From Candidatus Poribacteria bacterium (GTDB lineage Bacteria > Poribacteria > WGA-4E > WGA-3G): a stretch of DNA of 64,000 nucleotides. The position numbers were made by a program, and so were the translations under genes. The stretch spans positions 1,120,001 through 1,184,000 of the forward strand of contig OZ219753.1 in assembly GCA_964291315.2 (NCBI GenBank). Reading direction: 5' to 3'. Each line of letters opens with the position of its first letter. Position 1 is the first letter of the stretch. Shown here in pieces: positions 1 through 8,131 of the stretch. The notes beneath the pieces were generated by a model. It was not told where the DNA came from and made no database searches. It saw only the letters and a list, made by a program, of their open reading frames with translations.

Positions 1-1132
1 CCGGTGGATTAGCGGTGTATTTTCGCTCCAGGGAGATCGGATCCAGGGACTGCATCAGCCGCACGATGAAGTTGCCCGTGCCGACAAACGGGTCTATGAT
101 ATGCACACCGCTATCCGACAACGAACGATCAAACTCGGTTTTCAAAATGTGTTGTACGCTGTTGACCATGAAATCCACGATCGGCTGCGGCGTGTAGACA
201 ATGCCGTGTGTGTCGGCTGTATCTTCGGAGAACCCTTGAAAGAACTTCTCATAGAACGTATTGAGGAAGCTCTGTTTCTGTGAGAAGTCTTTGCAGAGCA
301 GTGCCGCTTGCTCAATAGCGGTGTAGAAACGATCTAAAGGTGCCAGAAACACATCCCGACTCACCGCATGCCGCATGAGTGCAGCACTGACATTCTCTAT
401 CTCAACAGCGATAATGTTCCGATTCGCGAAGTCCGACCGGTTGAAAATCGTGCGGAAGATGCGTTCGGTGAGGATGTGTTGGATCAGCATCTCCTCAACC
501 GCGTCTTGTGGAAGCTCTGGGTTGATCGCCGTGCGACAGGTCTCATAAAAGTTGGAAAATGCCGATTGGAATGCCGTATCCACCGCGTGCCGCTGGTTAA
601 TGAGCTCTTTCAACTTGCCTGCGAGAGCGGGCACATGTTCTTTGAAGTCTTTTACAGCTGATTGCCAATTTTCTAGTGCCGGCGGCAGATAAGCGAACAG
701 ACATTCAAGAGTGGCGATCAGTCCTGGAGCGTTGCGGATGTCGCTGTCTAAGGCGACCCGTCCGTTCTGATACACAATCGCACGCTCCGGGTTCTGAAAC
801 AGGATGTTGTCGAGTGGATACCCCGCCGCACGTTTCTCCTCAACGGCTTTAGGGAAATCGTCATCTATGTCTTTTGCTTCCCAATAAGCGAGTGGCAGGC
901 TATATTCATCTAAGATTGCGCCGTCAATCACGATGCGGTTTCCGTTGGGTGCGTGCATCTGATACTGCGGAATGAGCGTCGCTTTCAACTGCCTCGCGCA
1001 GACGTGCAGGAGTGCCTCGAAGGGAGAGCTCACCGCGCCTTCATGTCTGATGTCGTGGTGGTCGTATGCCTGCAGCGTGGCGTAATAGTCGCGGATCGGC
1101 TTGTGGGTAGGTTTGAGTCTGAGTTTCGGCAT
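1..1132 (-). CDS. Type ISP-like restriction-modification enzyme / N6-adenine DNA methylase, 5' part only (runs off the window start)
   Basis: Not in the ORF track. Manual translation from ATG at 1132: MPKLRLKPTHKPIRDYY...IVIDGAILDEYSLPLAYWEAKD (nuclease-like D..EAK)...FYEKFFQGFSEDTADTHGIVYTPQPIVDFMV...IIDPFVGTGNF (SAM-binding motif I). Confidence 0.85.
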   Translation of the reverse strand, partial: MPKLRLKPTHKPIRDYYATLQAYDHHDIRHEGAVSSPFEALLHVCARQLKATLIPQYQMHAPNGNRIVIDGAILDEYSLPLAYWEAKDIDDDFPKAVEEKRAAGYPLDNILFQNPERAIVYQNGRVALDSDIRNAPGLIATLECLFAYLPPALENWQSAVKDFKEHVPALAGKLKELINQRHAVDTAFQSAFSNFYETCRTAINPELPQDAVEEMLIQHILTERIFRTIFNRSDFANRNIIAVEIENVSAALMRHAVSRDVFLAPLDRFYTAIEQAALLCKDFSQKQSFLNTFYEKFFQGFSEDTADTHGIVYTPQPIVDFMVNSVQHILKTEFDRSLSDSGVHIIDPFVGTGNFIVRLMQSLDPISLERKYTANPP

Positions 1133-1305
1133 ACGAATATCGTAGCAGATCTCGGAATAGAAATCAGCAGAAAAAGCCGTTCTGTTAGGGGCATTCAGTT
1201 GCTGGTAGGATCACCTTAAAACTAAGCAGGCAATCTTTTCAATTCAGCAGACCAAAAGTTTCTCTTTATTCAAAAATGAGCGAAGTATCTATCAAGTTCA
1301 CGGTA

Positions 1306-2928
1306 TTAAGAAATTAACGCTTCGCCAGTCATCTCAGAAGGTTGTGATAAACCAAGCAGACGGAGCGCCGTCGGAGCAATGTCTGCAAGTCTTCCACCTC
1401 TGCGGAGCTGCTCGCCCTTGCGTTGGTTATCAACAACGATGAGATCCACGTCGTAGGTCGTATGAGCCGTATGAATACCGCCAGTTTCAGGATCAATCAT
1501 CTGCTCACAGTTGCCGTGGTCGGCGGTGACAATGAGCGCACCATCCTTTTTAAGTACAGCGTCAACTATTTTTCCTACGCATACATCAACTGTCTCAACC
1601 GCTTTAATCGCAGCTGACAGCGACCCGGTGTGCCCTACCATATCGCCGTTGGCGTAGTTGAGTACCATCAAGTCATATGCGTCGGCGTTGATTCGACGCA
1701 ACATCTCCGATGTCACCCCCGGGGCCGACATCTCTGGCTTCTGATCGTAGGTTGTCACGTCGCGCGGAGAAGCAATGATTTGCCGATCCTCGCCTTCATA
1801 CGGTTCATCCCGGTAGTCGTTAAAAAAGAAGGTCACATGCGGAAACTTCTCAGTCTCTGCACATCGAAATTGCGTTAACCCCGCTTGACTGACGTAAGCG
1901 CCGAGCGTGTTGCGCATTTTGGGCGGCTTTTTGACAGCTGCTTCCACAGGCATCTCTTGCTCATACTCGGTCATTGTAACAAACTTAACGTCAAGTTTGG
2001 AATTCCGTTTAAAACCCATTTCTCGCACAACCCCGTCTTTGCCTTCTGACTGAAATGGGAATTCATCGAGACAAAAAGCTTTGGTGAGCTCCCGCGGGCG
2101 ATCGCCCCGGAAGTTATAAAAAATAACCGCATCGCCATCGGTAATACGCGGTAGCGGTTCACCGTCATTTCCAACAACAACAGACGGGCGCACAAACTCA
2201 TCGCCTTTGCGGTTAGCATCGTCGGGGCTTTGATAATAATAGCGATAGGCATCCGTAGCCGTTTTGACATGCGTGTCACTTCCTTCCGTCAAAAGGCGAT
2301 ACGCCACCTCAACACGCTCCCACCGGTCATCTCTATCCATCGCATAATAGCGTCCGATAACGGAGGCTATCCGCCCAATACCGATCTCTTTCAACTTCCC
2401 TTCGATCCGCTTACAAAACTCGATACCAAGGTCGGGCTGGCAGTCGCGTCCATCACTAAAATTATGAACCAAGACTTGGTTAGTTTTGAGTCCATTCGCT
2501 TTAGCCAGCCTGAGAAGTCCGTAGAGATGCTGCAGTGAACTATGAACTCCTGCATCGCTCGCCAACCCCATGAGATGAAGATGTGTTTTATGTTTTTTGA
2601 CATGAGCAATCGCGTTTAAAAGAACCCTGTTCTGGGCAAACTCGCCCGAACGGATCATAGTGCTGATGCGAAGAAGCTCTTGACTTACGACGCGTCCCGC
2701 ACCGATGTTCTGATGCCCAACCTCACTGTTGCCGATAACACCTGCAGGCAAACCCACATCTTCCCCGGATGTACGAATTTGGACATACGGATAGTGCTGC
2801 CGAAGCCAAGTGTCTATAGGAGTCTTCGCAAGATGAACAGCGTTTGCTCGATTCCACTCCGGATACGGATTATTGCCCCAACCGTCTCGGATGATGATAA
2901 CGACAGGACGTTTCTGTTGGATCGTCAT
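1306..2928 (-). CDS. gpmI: 2,3-bisphosphoglycerate-independent phosphoglycerate mutase
   Basis: IIRDGWG, GNSEVGHQNIGAGR, GRYYAMDRD, AETEKFPHVTFFFN, NGDMVGHTG, TADHGN motifs; start placed at MTIQQK. Confidence 0.97.
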   Translation of the reverse strand: MTIQQKRPVVIIIRDGWGNNPYPEWNRANAVHLAKTPIDTWLRQHYPYVQIRTSGEDVGLPAGVIGNSEVGHQNIGAGRVVSQELLRISTMIRSGEFAQNRVLLNAIAHVKKHKTHLHLMGLASDAGVHSSLQHLYGLLRLAKANGLKTNQVLVHNFSDGRDCQPDLGIEFCKRIEGKLKEIGIGRIASVIGRYYAMDRDDRWERVEVAYRLLTEGSDTHVKTATDAYRYYYQSPDDANRKGDEFVRPSVVVGNDGEPLPRITDGDAVIFYNFRGDRPRELTKAFCLDEFPFQSEGKDGVVREMGFKRNSKLDVKFVTMTEYEQEMPVEAAVKKPPKMRNTLGAYVSQAGLTQFRCAETEKFPHVTFFFNDYRDEPYEGEDRQIIASPRDVTTYDQKPEMSAPGVTSEMLRRINADAYDLMVLNYANGDMVGHTGSLSAAIKAVETVDVCVGKIVDAVLKKDGALIVTADHGNCEQMIDPETGGIHTAHTTYDVDLIVVDNQRKGEQLRRGGRLADIAPTALRLLGLSQPSEMTGEALIS

Positions 2929-2939
2929 GCAAATCCCTT

Positions 2940-3686
2940 CTAAATCTCCTTTATTCTCGCCCACGCTGTGGTGAGTTTTCCACGGGCTTCTACCGCCTGT
3001 GGTGTCTCCATAACCTTTTGGATCTCCGCCTCACTTAGAGTCTTCTCATAGAGCCTAACTTCGTCAATTTTACCGGGAAAGTGATCCGTGGCGTTGCCGA
3101 AATCATCACCGCCAATCCAGAGATCCAAGGCAGACGGAGCGATTAACACACCGTTGGCAGCATCTCCTTCAAGCTTCCCGTTTATGTAAACCTTCAGTGT
3201 CTTTCCATCGAACGTTCCTGCAAAATGATACCACTCACCAACTTTCCAATCAGTTGTCGTCGATTCCGCAAAGGTATTATTCGGTTTAACCAGAAAGTCT
3301 ATACTGTCTTTGTTACCAAAATCAAAGATGACAAAAATAGAATCATTTTTACTCATCAAGCGGCGTCCGGTAACTGAATCGTTTGGGCTGAACCACGCCA
3401 TGAGCGTAATAGACTCCTCAATCGCGAAGGCTGCACTGTCTGCAACAATAACATGATCGTCCGCACCGTCAAATTCGAGCGCGGTTCCAAACTTTCCATC
3501 AACCCACTTCGGATCACCATTAAACTCCCCGTCGTGACCGTTGCCGGAGACATCTGTAGCTTCTTTACCCTTGCCTTCATCAAAGGGCCAATAAGCAACA
3601 AGTCCATCTTTTGCGATGTCGGCAACACTAAGATTAGCAACAATCAGAAATGCAGAAAACAAAAATACAGTGATAACTTTGGGCAT
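2940..3686 (-). CDS. Secreted LamG (concanavalin A-like) domain protein with C-terminal KLTTxW tail
   Basis: Signal peptide; LVAYWPFDEG, GKFGTALEFDG, WYHFAGTFDG..KVYING, FPGKIDEVRLY; ends ARGKLTTAWARIKEI. Confidence 0.9.
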   Translation of the reverse strand: MPKVITVFLFSAFLIVANLSVADIAKDGLVAYWPFDEGKGKEATDVSGNGHDGEFNGDPKWVDGKFGTALEFDGADDHVIVADSAAFAIEESITLMAWFSPNDSVTGRRLMSKNDSIFVIFDFGNKDSIDFLVKPNNTFAESTTTDWKVGEWYHFAGTFDGKTLKVYINGKLEGDAANGVLIAPSALDLWIGGDDFGNATDHFPGKIDEVRLYEKTLSEAEIQKVMETPQAVEARGKLTTAWARIKEI

Positions 3687-3868
3687 TGCAATTTCTCCTA
3701 TGGAAGATCAAATTCTTAATCTAGAACTTGAGGATTTGTAAATATTATAACATATTTGTGAAAATCAAACGTAGAAAAAACGCGCAAAAAATGAGGATGT
3801 TCAATACTTACTCGCTAGTAAGATGAAATGCCTTTGTGTCCTAGCGGTTTTGGAATGCAACAGTAGTA

Positions 3869-4522
3869 TTAAACAGCGCGCTCAATCGACCAATGCCGAT
3901 CCGTGCTTTGCACAACAACTACCCCCGGCATGTCTACCTGTGTAAGCAACTCACTGATTTCAGCAATTGTAAACGCAGCCAGAAATGAGTCGTAGTATAA
4001 CTTTCGTTGACGAGGAGTGTCATCCGCAGCGTAGAGATCTACAAATGCTTGAGCATCTGCCGGTGTCTCAGGGCGAATGAGATCGCGGATAAGAACAGCA
4101 CCCTTCGGGCGCACAACCCGCCCCATCTCTCTAAGCGCTCTCTCCACATCATGAATGTGATGCACGATACTGTTGGAGATAAGTCCGTCAAAAGTGTTAT
4201 CCGGATACGGCAGATTTTTAGCATCGACAAGTTCGAGGGTTATCCGATCCGTGAGACCAGCATCTTTAATGCGCCGTTTCGCTATTTTTAGCATCTCCTT
4301 GGACAGGTCGATAGCAGTGATGTGGAGCTTCGGACAGCGCTGCGCGAGTAAAATTGGAATTTGCGCCGGCCCCGTGCCGACATCAAGAAAATGTCCACCG
4401 TTCGCACCGAGCGCAACAACTCTCTCTACAAACGCACGATCAACCTCACCGTGCCCCATCGCATCGTAGGCTTCAGCCGTTTCCGCTGTATCCATAACTT
4501 CTAGCTCTGGAATCCTGTCCAT
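3869..4522 (-). CDS. Class I SAM-dependent methyltransferase
   Basis: FLDVGTGPA, IDLSKEML, DAKNLPYPDNTFD, SNSIVHH. Confidence 0.9.
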   Translation of the reverse strand: MDRIPELEVMDTAETAEAYDAMGHGEVDRAFVERVVALGANGGHFLDVGTGPAQIPILLAQRCPKLHITAIDLSKEMLKIAKRRIKDAGLTDRITLELVDAKNLPYPDNTFDGLISNSIVHHIHDVERALREMGRVVRPKGAVLIRDLIRPETPADAQAFVDLYAADDTPRQRKLYYDSFLAAFTIAEISELLTQVDMPGVVVVQSTDRHWSIERAV

Positions 4523-4543
4523 TCTCTTCTACCTCCCTCCTGA

Positions 4544-5350
4544 TCATTTTGATCCAGACAATAATTTTGAAACAGTCAATGCATTCTGACGGATCTGATC
4601 AGGTTGAAATTGAGTGTACATCCCCACAGCCATAGCGTCTGTCGGCTTAATGTTTTCAAGTGCAAGTTGCAGGGCTTCGCGCGGCTCGTTTCTGCCGGCC
4701 GCTAATACCTTAATGGCAATAATCGGTACTGGGATCGCTTGTATCGCCGCAAACGCCGCATAACGATCACTCGCTAGATAGCGCTCTCTATGTCTTGTAT
4801 GATTATACAACGCACACACATAAAAGTCAACCTCATACCCTTCAGTATAGCAATGCTTGAGAACCTGAGGATCATGCGTACCCAGTCCGACTGCACAACC
4901 AAGATCCCGAATCCGTTTGAGACTCTCGCGCAATGAATCGAGGTGCCCTTCCGCATACAACTTATCAGTCGTCCCGCCGTGATGGTAGATCGCAATCGGT
5001 TTATAGCCCGCGACAAACTTTACATATTCGCTAAGGTTCGCATATTCTGTATCTTTGGGTGTCTGAGCAATCCACCGGATTGTGCCGCCCGCGTTCCAAT
5101 ATTCATTGAGGACGCGCATGATGTGCCTATCAGCGCGAGCAAGAACGGTATTAATACCGGTCCCCTCCGCCTCTTGGAGGTCCTCCCTAATTTGGTGCGT
5201 TGTATAGTAATCTATCATGCCCTTTGATACCGCCACAGAGCGATGTGAGATACCACTATACGGATTACCCCCGATAATGAGGCGCGTGACGCGATGTGAC
5301 GAAATAGAAATTGTCGGGAGCTTCATCGGTTTATTCTCTAGCATTAACAT
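4544..5350 (-). CDS. Aldo/keto-reductase-like TIM-barrel protein of unknown function
   Basis: VTRLIIGGNP N-terminus, VGLGTH and IAIKVLAAGR motifs; start may be 5326. Confidence 0.65.
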   Translation of the reverse strand: MLMLENKPMKLPTISISSHRVTRLIIGGNPYSGISHRSVAVSKGMIDYYTTHQIREDLQEAEGTGINTVLARADRHIMRVLNEYWNAGGTIRWIAQTPKDTEYANLSEYVKFVAGYKPIAIYHHGGTTDKLYAEGHLDSLRESLKRIRDLGCAVGLGTHDPQVLKHCYTEGYEVDFYVCALYNHTRHRERYLASDRYAAFAAIQAIPVPIIAIKVLAAGRNEPREALQLALENIKPTDAMAVGMYTQFQPDQIRQNALTVSKLLSGSK

Positions 5351-5372
5351 TCTCAGAGCAGACCGTAGAGAT

Positions 5373-6068
5373 CTAGCCCTTTTTTATTAGCATTTTGTAA
5401 ATTACACCGTTCCGGTGTGTGTAAAACATGATTTCGCAAGTTTCGCTTGTTGCAGCGGATGTTCCCGCTATGTTGTGCAAAACGGTGGCTTGTTGTCCAG
5501 AGGCGATTGCACCGGATTCCGCCGGTAGAAATTCCACTGTGGGTGTCCGCCAAATGTAAATTTTTGAACCAGCCTCGTCTTCTGTTCTTCCATGCGGATT
5601 TCCCCACTCCTGAATCGCCCTTGAGATATGCTTCCTCTTCCAATAGGACTCATCTATAGGCATCTGATACCTTCTCGCGTCGCTTTTGTGGATTATACCA
5701 TTTGGACGGGTATAGAAGACCAGCTCATACAAAACGTTACTCGATGAGAAAGCGTCCGGAAGGCTCGACCGACCCTTGACATGTTCGGACGAAAGATCTT
5801 GGTACGCTTGCCTCAATAGCGGAGTCTGGACAATCATCTGCCAGACGTAAATTTTTGGACCAACCTCTCCGCCCATCATTTCGTGCGGTGACCCCCATTT
5901 CTGAATGGCTTGTGAAATATGCATCTCGTTCCACGATTCCAGAGCTTGATCTATCTCTTTCTCCGGCGACTGTTTCGGGGCGTTCATCAAATATGTCGGT
6001 GCCATACAGCCAACTAACAAAAAACTTGCAATGAACGCAAAATATAGAATGAATCTGAATCTGTTCAT
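5373..6068 (-). CDS. Hypothetical lipoprotein with two copies of a W-x3-HIS-x-AIQ-x-WG-x-P domain
   Basis: Start MNRFRFILYFAFIASFLLVGC (lipobox) at 6068, ATGA overlap with upstream gene; internal repeat visible. Confidence 0.75.
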   Translation of the reverse strand: MNRFRFILYFAFIASFLLVGCMAPTYLMNAPKQSPEKEIDQALESWNEMHISQAIQKWGSPHEMMGGEVGPKIYVWQMIVQTPLLRQAYQDLSSEHVKGRSSLPDAFSSSNVLYELVFYTRPNGIIHKSDARRYQMPIDESYWKRKHISRAIQEWGNPHGRTEDEAGSKIYIWRTPTVEFLPAESGAIASGQQATVLHNIAGTSAATSETCEIMFYTHRNGVIYKMLIKKG

Positions 6069-6535
6069 TTCAAACTGCTCCTTTTCCGTTCCCGCAAAGC
6101 CGGATCGTAAATTCTTTTTAGCCCAGTTTTGGAGATTATACCGTTTGGCCGTGTATAGAACGTGAGCTGATAGGTGTGTCCTGTTGAAAAGTGAGATCCA
6201 CCTACACTCTTCAGGCCGCTCGGACGATGTAGAAGAGAGAGCCGGCGTTTTTGTCGGAATTGAAATCCGGGTATATCCGCTTCTTGTCCAGCGAAGAATC
6301 CGCGTATAGGTATTTCCCAGATATAAGTTTGCCAACCTGCTCCATCATCGCTAACTTCGATGGGTGATCCCCATTTCTGGATCGCTTTTGAAATGTGTGT
6401 GCCCCGCCATACCGCTACAGTCCGTTGTAGATTCTCATGTTGCGTCGGTTCCGATATCGGTACTAAATGTGTCGGCCCCACACAGCTTGTGAGCAGAACG
6501 CCTACTGCAAACATAAAACAGGTGAGTCTGAGCAT
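6065..6535 (-). CDS. Hypothetical lipoprotein with one copy of the same domain
   Basis: MLRLTCFMFAVGVLLTSC lipobox, AGGAG SD upstream; WRGTHISKAIQKWGSP...YQLTFYTRPNGII. Confidence 0.75.
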   Translation of the reverse strand: MLRLTCFMFAVGVLLTSCVGPTHLVPISEPTQHENLQRTVAVWRGTHISKAIQKWGSPIEVSDDGAGWQTYIWEIPIRGFFAGQEADIPGFQFRQKRRLSLLHRPSGLKSVGGSHFSTGHTYQLTFYTRPNGIISKTGLKRIYDPALRERKRSSLK

Positions 6536-6842
6536 TTTAAAACTCCTAGTATAGATGAGAGACAAATTGTATTGTTACGCACAAAAAATAAAACATGCTA
6601 CACTAAATAAAATAAGCAATTTACGTGCCAAAGTAAAATATAACGGAGAAGGTGGAGCTATTGCGGCTTTGGCGGGTTTAAAAACAGTATCCGTTGCACG
6701 AAATAGGGCAAACGAAGTTATAAACGCACGGATTTGTGCAAATGCCGCTCGGAAAAGGTCCATGGAACCGCTTAATTGCTTTTCCATGAGATTGCGCCAT
6801 TAAAGTAATGTGAGCTTGAAAAAAGAGTGAGTAGACTCCTTT

Positions 6843-6897
6843 GTAGCATAACCTGTCATGTGGGGCAGTAGCGCTAGTAGCAGAGTCTGTTAGACTG
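6843..6897 (+). repeat. Two GTAG-type REP-like elements (one degenerate)
   Basis: gtagcataacctgtcatgtgg (6843) and gtagcagagtctgttagactg (6877); same family as reverse-complement copies at 50399-50482. Confidence 0.65.
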
Positions 6898-7003
6898 TGC
6901 ATCCGGCGCATCACCCGTTCGGTCATACAACTCACGTGAGATTTCAGGTTATCTCTGATAGAAGAGACCTCATTGTATAAAATCCTGTATTTTGAGGTGT
7001 ATC

Positions 7004-7108
7004 ATGACGAAAGCGAACGCTCGCCATCTGCTGAATATATTAGCAGATATCCGAGATTTTCGCAACCCGTGCGGCAGACGGCATTTGCTCTCTGCTATCC
7101 TCGCTTGA
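7004..7108 (+). pseudogene. N-terminal remnant of an ISAs1-family transposase
   Basis: GAGGTG SD then MTKANARHLLNILADIRDFRNPCGRRHLLSAILA*, matching the L..I.D.R...GRRH.L..IL start of ISAs1 transposases. Confidence 0.6.
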
Positions 7109-7133
7109 CAAAACAAGCGGTGCGTGCTATATT
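7105..7133 (+). promoter_or_regulatory. Sigma70-type promoter of the R-M gene
   Basis: TTGACA-N17-TATATT with extended -10 TG. Confidence 0.7.
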
Positions 7134-7224
7134 AGGAGAGTGAAGCACCCGTCTCGTTGGTCGGGTCTATTTTCCAAGATGTCCGTTATCCGTTTACTTA
7201 TCGCCTAACCCTTGAGGAATACCA

Positions 7225-8103
7225 ATGTCATATATACCCGTTGAAACTGTTGATACTATAACTGACTTTGAGACGCTCTTAGCGTTTTTTCGTGACACTC
7301 TCGACTGGCCGATCCCCGAAGACGTGACGCTCGGCGAGATAGCTTTCCCGTGGTCGTCATCAGAGCTGGAGCTTGATGAAACGTCTGAGGCACGAGTCGC
7401 TGACTGTCTGCAGCTGCCGCCGTTCGCGCGCGAGGCGTTGGGATTTTCTCCCGAGGTCGGCTCGCAGCCGTGGGGCATCTTCTTTGTTGAATTCAGCAGT
7501 GAGCGGGTGTATCGCACGGAGTTGCGGCGGGTTCTGCGAGGTCTGGTGGAGAGGCGCACCCGAGATGCACGGTTGCCTGCGTGGGAGCTGGATCATCTGC
7601 TGTTCATCTGCACGACTGCTGATTTTCATCGGTTTGCGTTTGCCCACTTCGCAGGTGCGGGTGCGTCTTGGCAGGATGCGGTGCTGTCTATATTCTCGTG
7701 GGATCGTGGGGATACGCACCTTCGGACGCTGTGTGAATACAACCTGCCGGCTCTGGCGTTTCCGCGTGGCGGTTTTTCGTCGTCGCAAGCGTGGGTTGCT
7801 AAATGGCAGCGTGCGTTTGATGTGGCGGCTGTGACGGATCAGTTTTTCCGTGAGTATAAGAGCGTCTTTGCGTTGGTGGAGGCCTCGCTGTCAGGGATCC
7901 CGGAGAGCGCTGTGGAGGCTCGTCGGTTGTATACGCAGCGTCTGTTGAATCGTTTGATGTTTCTGCGTTTTCTTGAGAGAAAGGGTTGGTTGCGGTATGC
8001 GGGTCGCCGGGACTACTTGCGTGCGTTGTATGAGGCTGCAATGGGCATCGAGACTCTCTCTGGCAGTGCGGAATCTATAAGAAGCGGGGGGGGTAATCTC
8101 TGA
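7225..8103 (+). CDS. Type IIG (Eco57I-like) restriction-modification enzyme, N-terminal part, ended by a frameshift at a G8 tract
   Basis: AFDVAAVTDQFFREY and RLLNRLMFLRFLERKGWL typical of type IIG enzymes; stop just after G8 (8086-8093). Confidence 0.8.
   Translation: MSYIPVETVDTITDFETLLAFFRDTLDWPIPEDVTLGEIAFPWSSSELELDETSEARVADCLQLPPFAREALGFSPEVGSQPWGIFFVEFSSERVYRTELRRVLRGLVERRTRDARLPAWELDHLLFICTTADFHRFAFAHFAGAGASWQDAVLSIFSWDRGDTHLRTLCEYNLPALAFPRGGFSSSQAWVAKWQRAFDVAAVTDQFFREYKSVFALVEASLSGIPESAVEARRLYTQRLLNRLMFLRFLERKGWLRYAGRRDYLRALYEAAMGIETLSGSAESIRSGGGNL
8086..8093 (+). repeat. Poly-G8 tract, candidate phase-variation switch
   Basis: Removing one G joins 7225..8103 to 8132..10459 in frame. 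Confidence 0.75.
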
Positions 8104-8131
8104 TAAGCACAAGGCACCTCACACAGAGAGC

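Noticed and set aside
15-1219. Plus-strand ORFs 15..197, 101..283, 368..661, 953..1219
   Set aside because: Antisense shadows of the minus-strand R-M gene (1..1132).
6069-6335. N-terminal extension of the 320-aa ORF 5373..6335
   Set aside because: Overlaps the upstream lipoprotein in another frame; the lipobox and ATGA coupling place the start at 6068.
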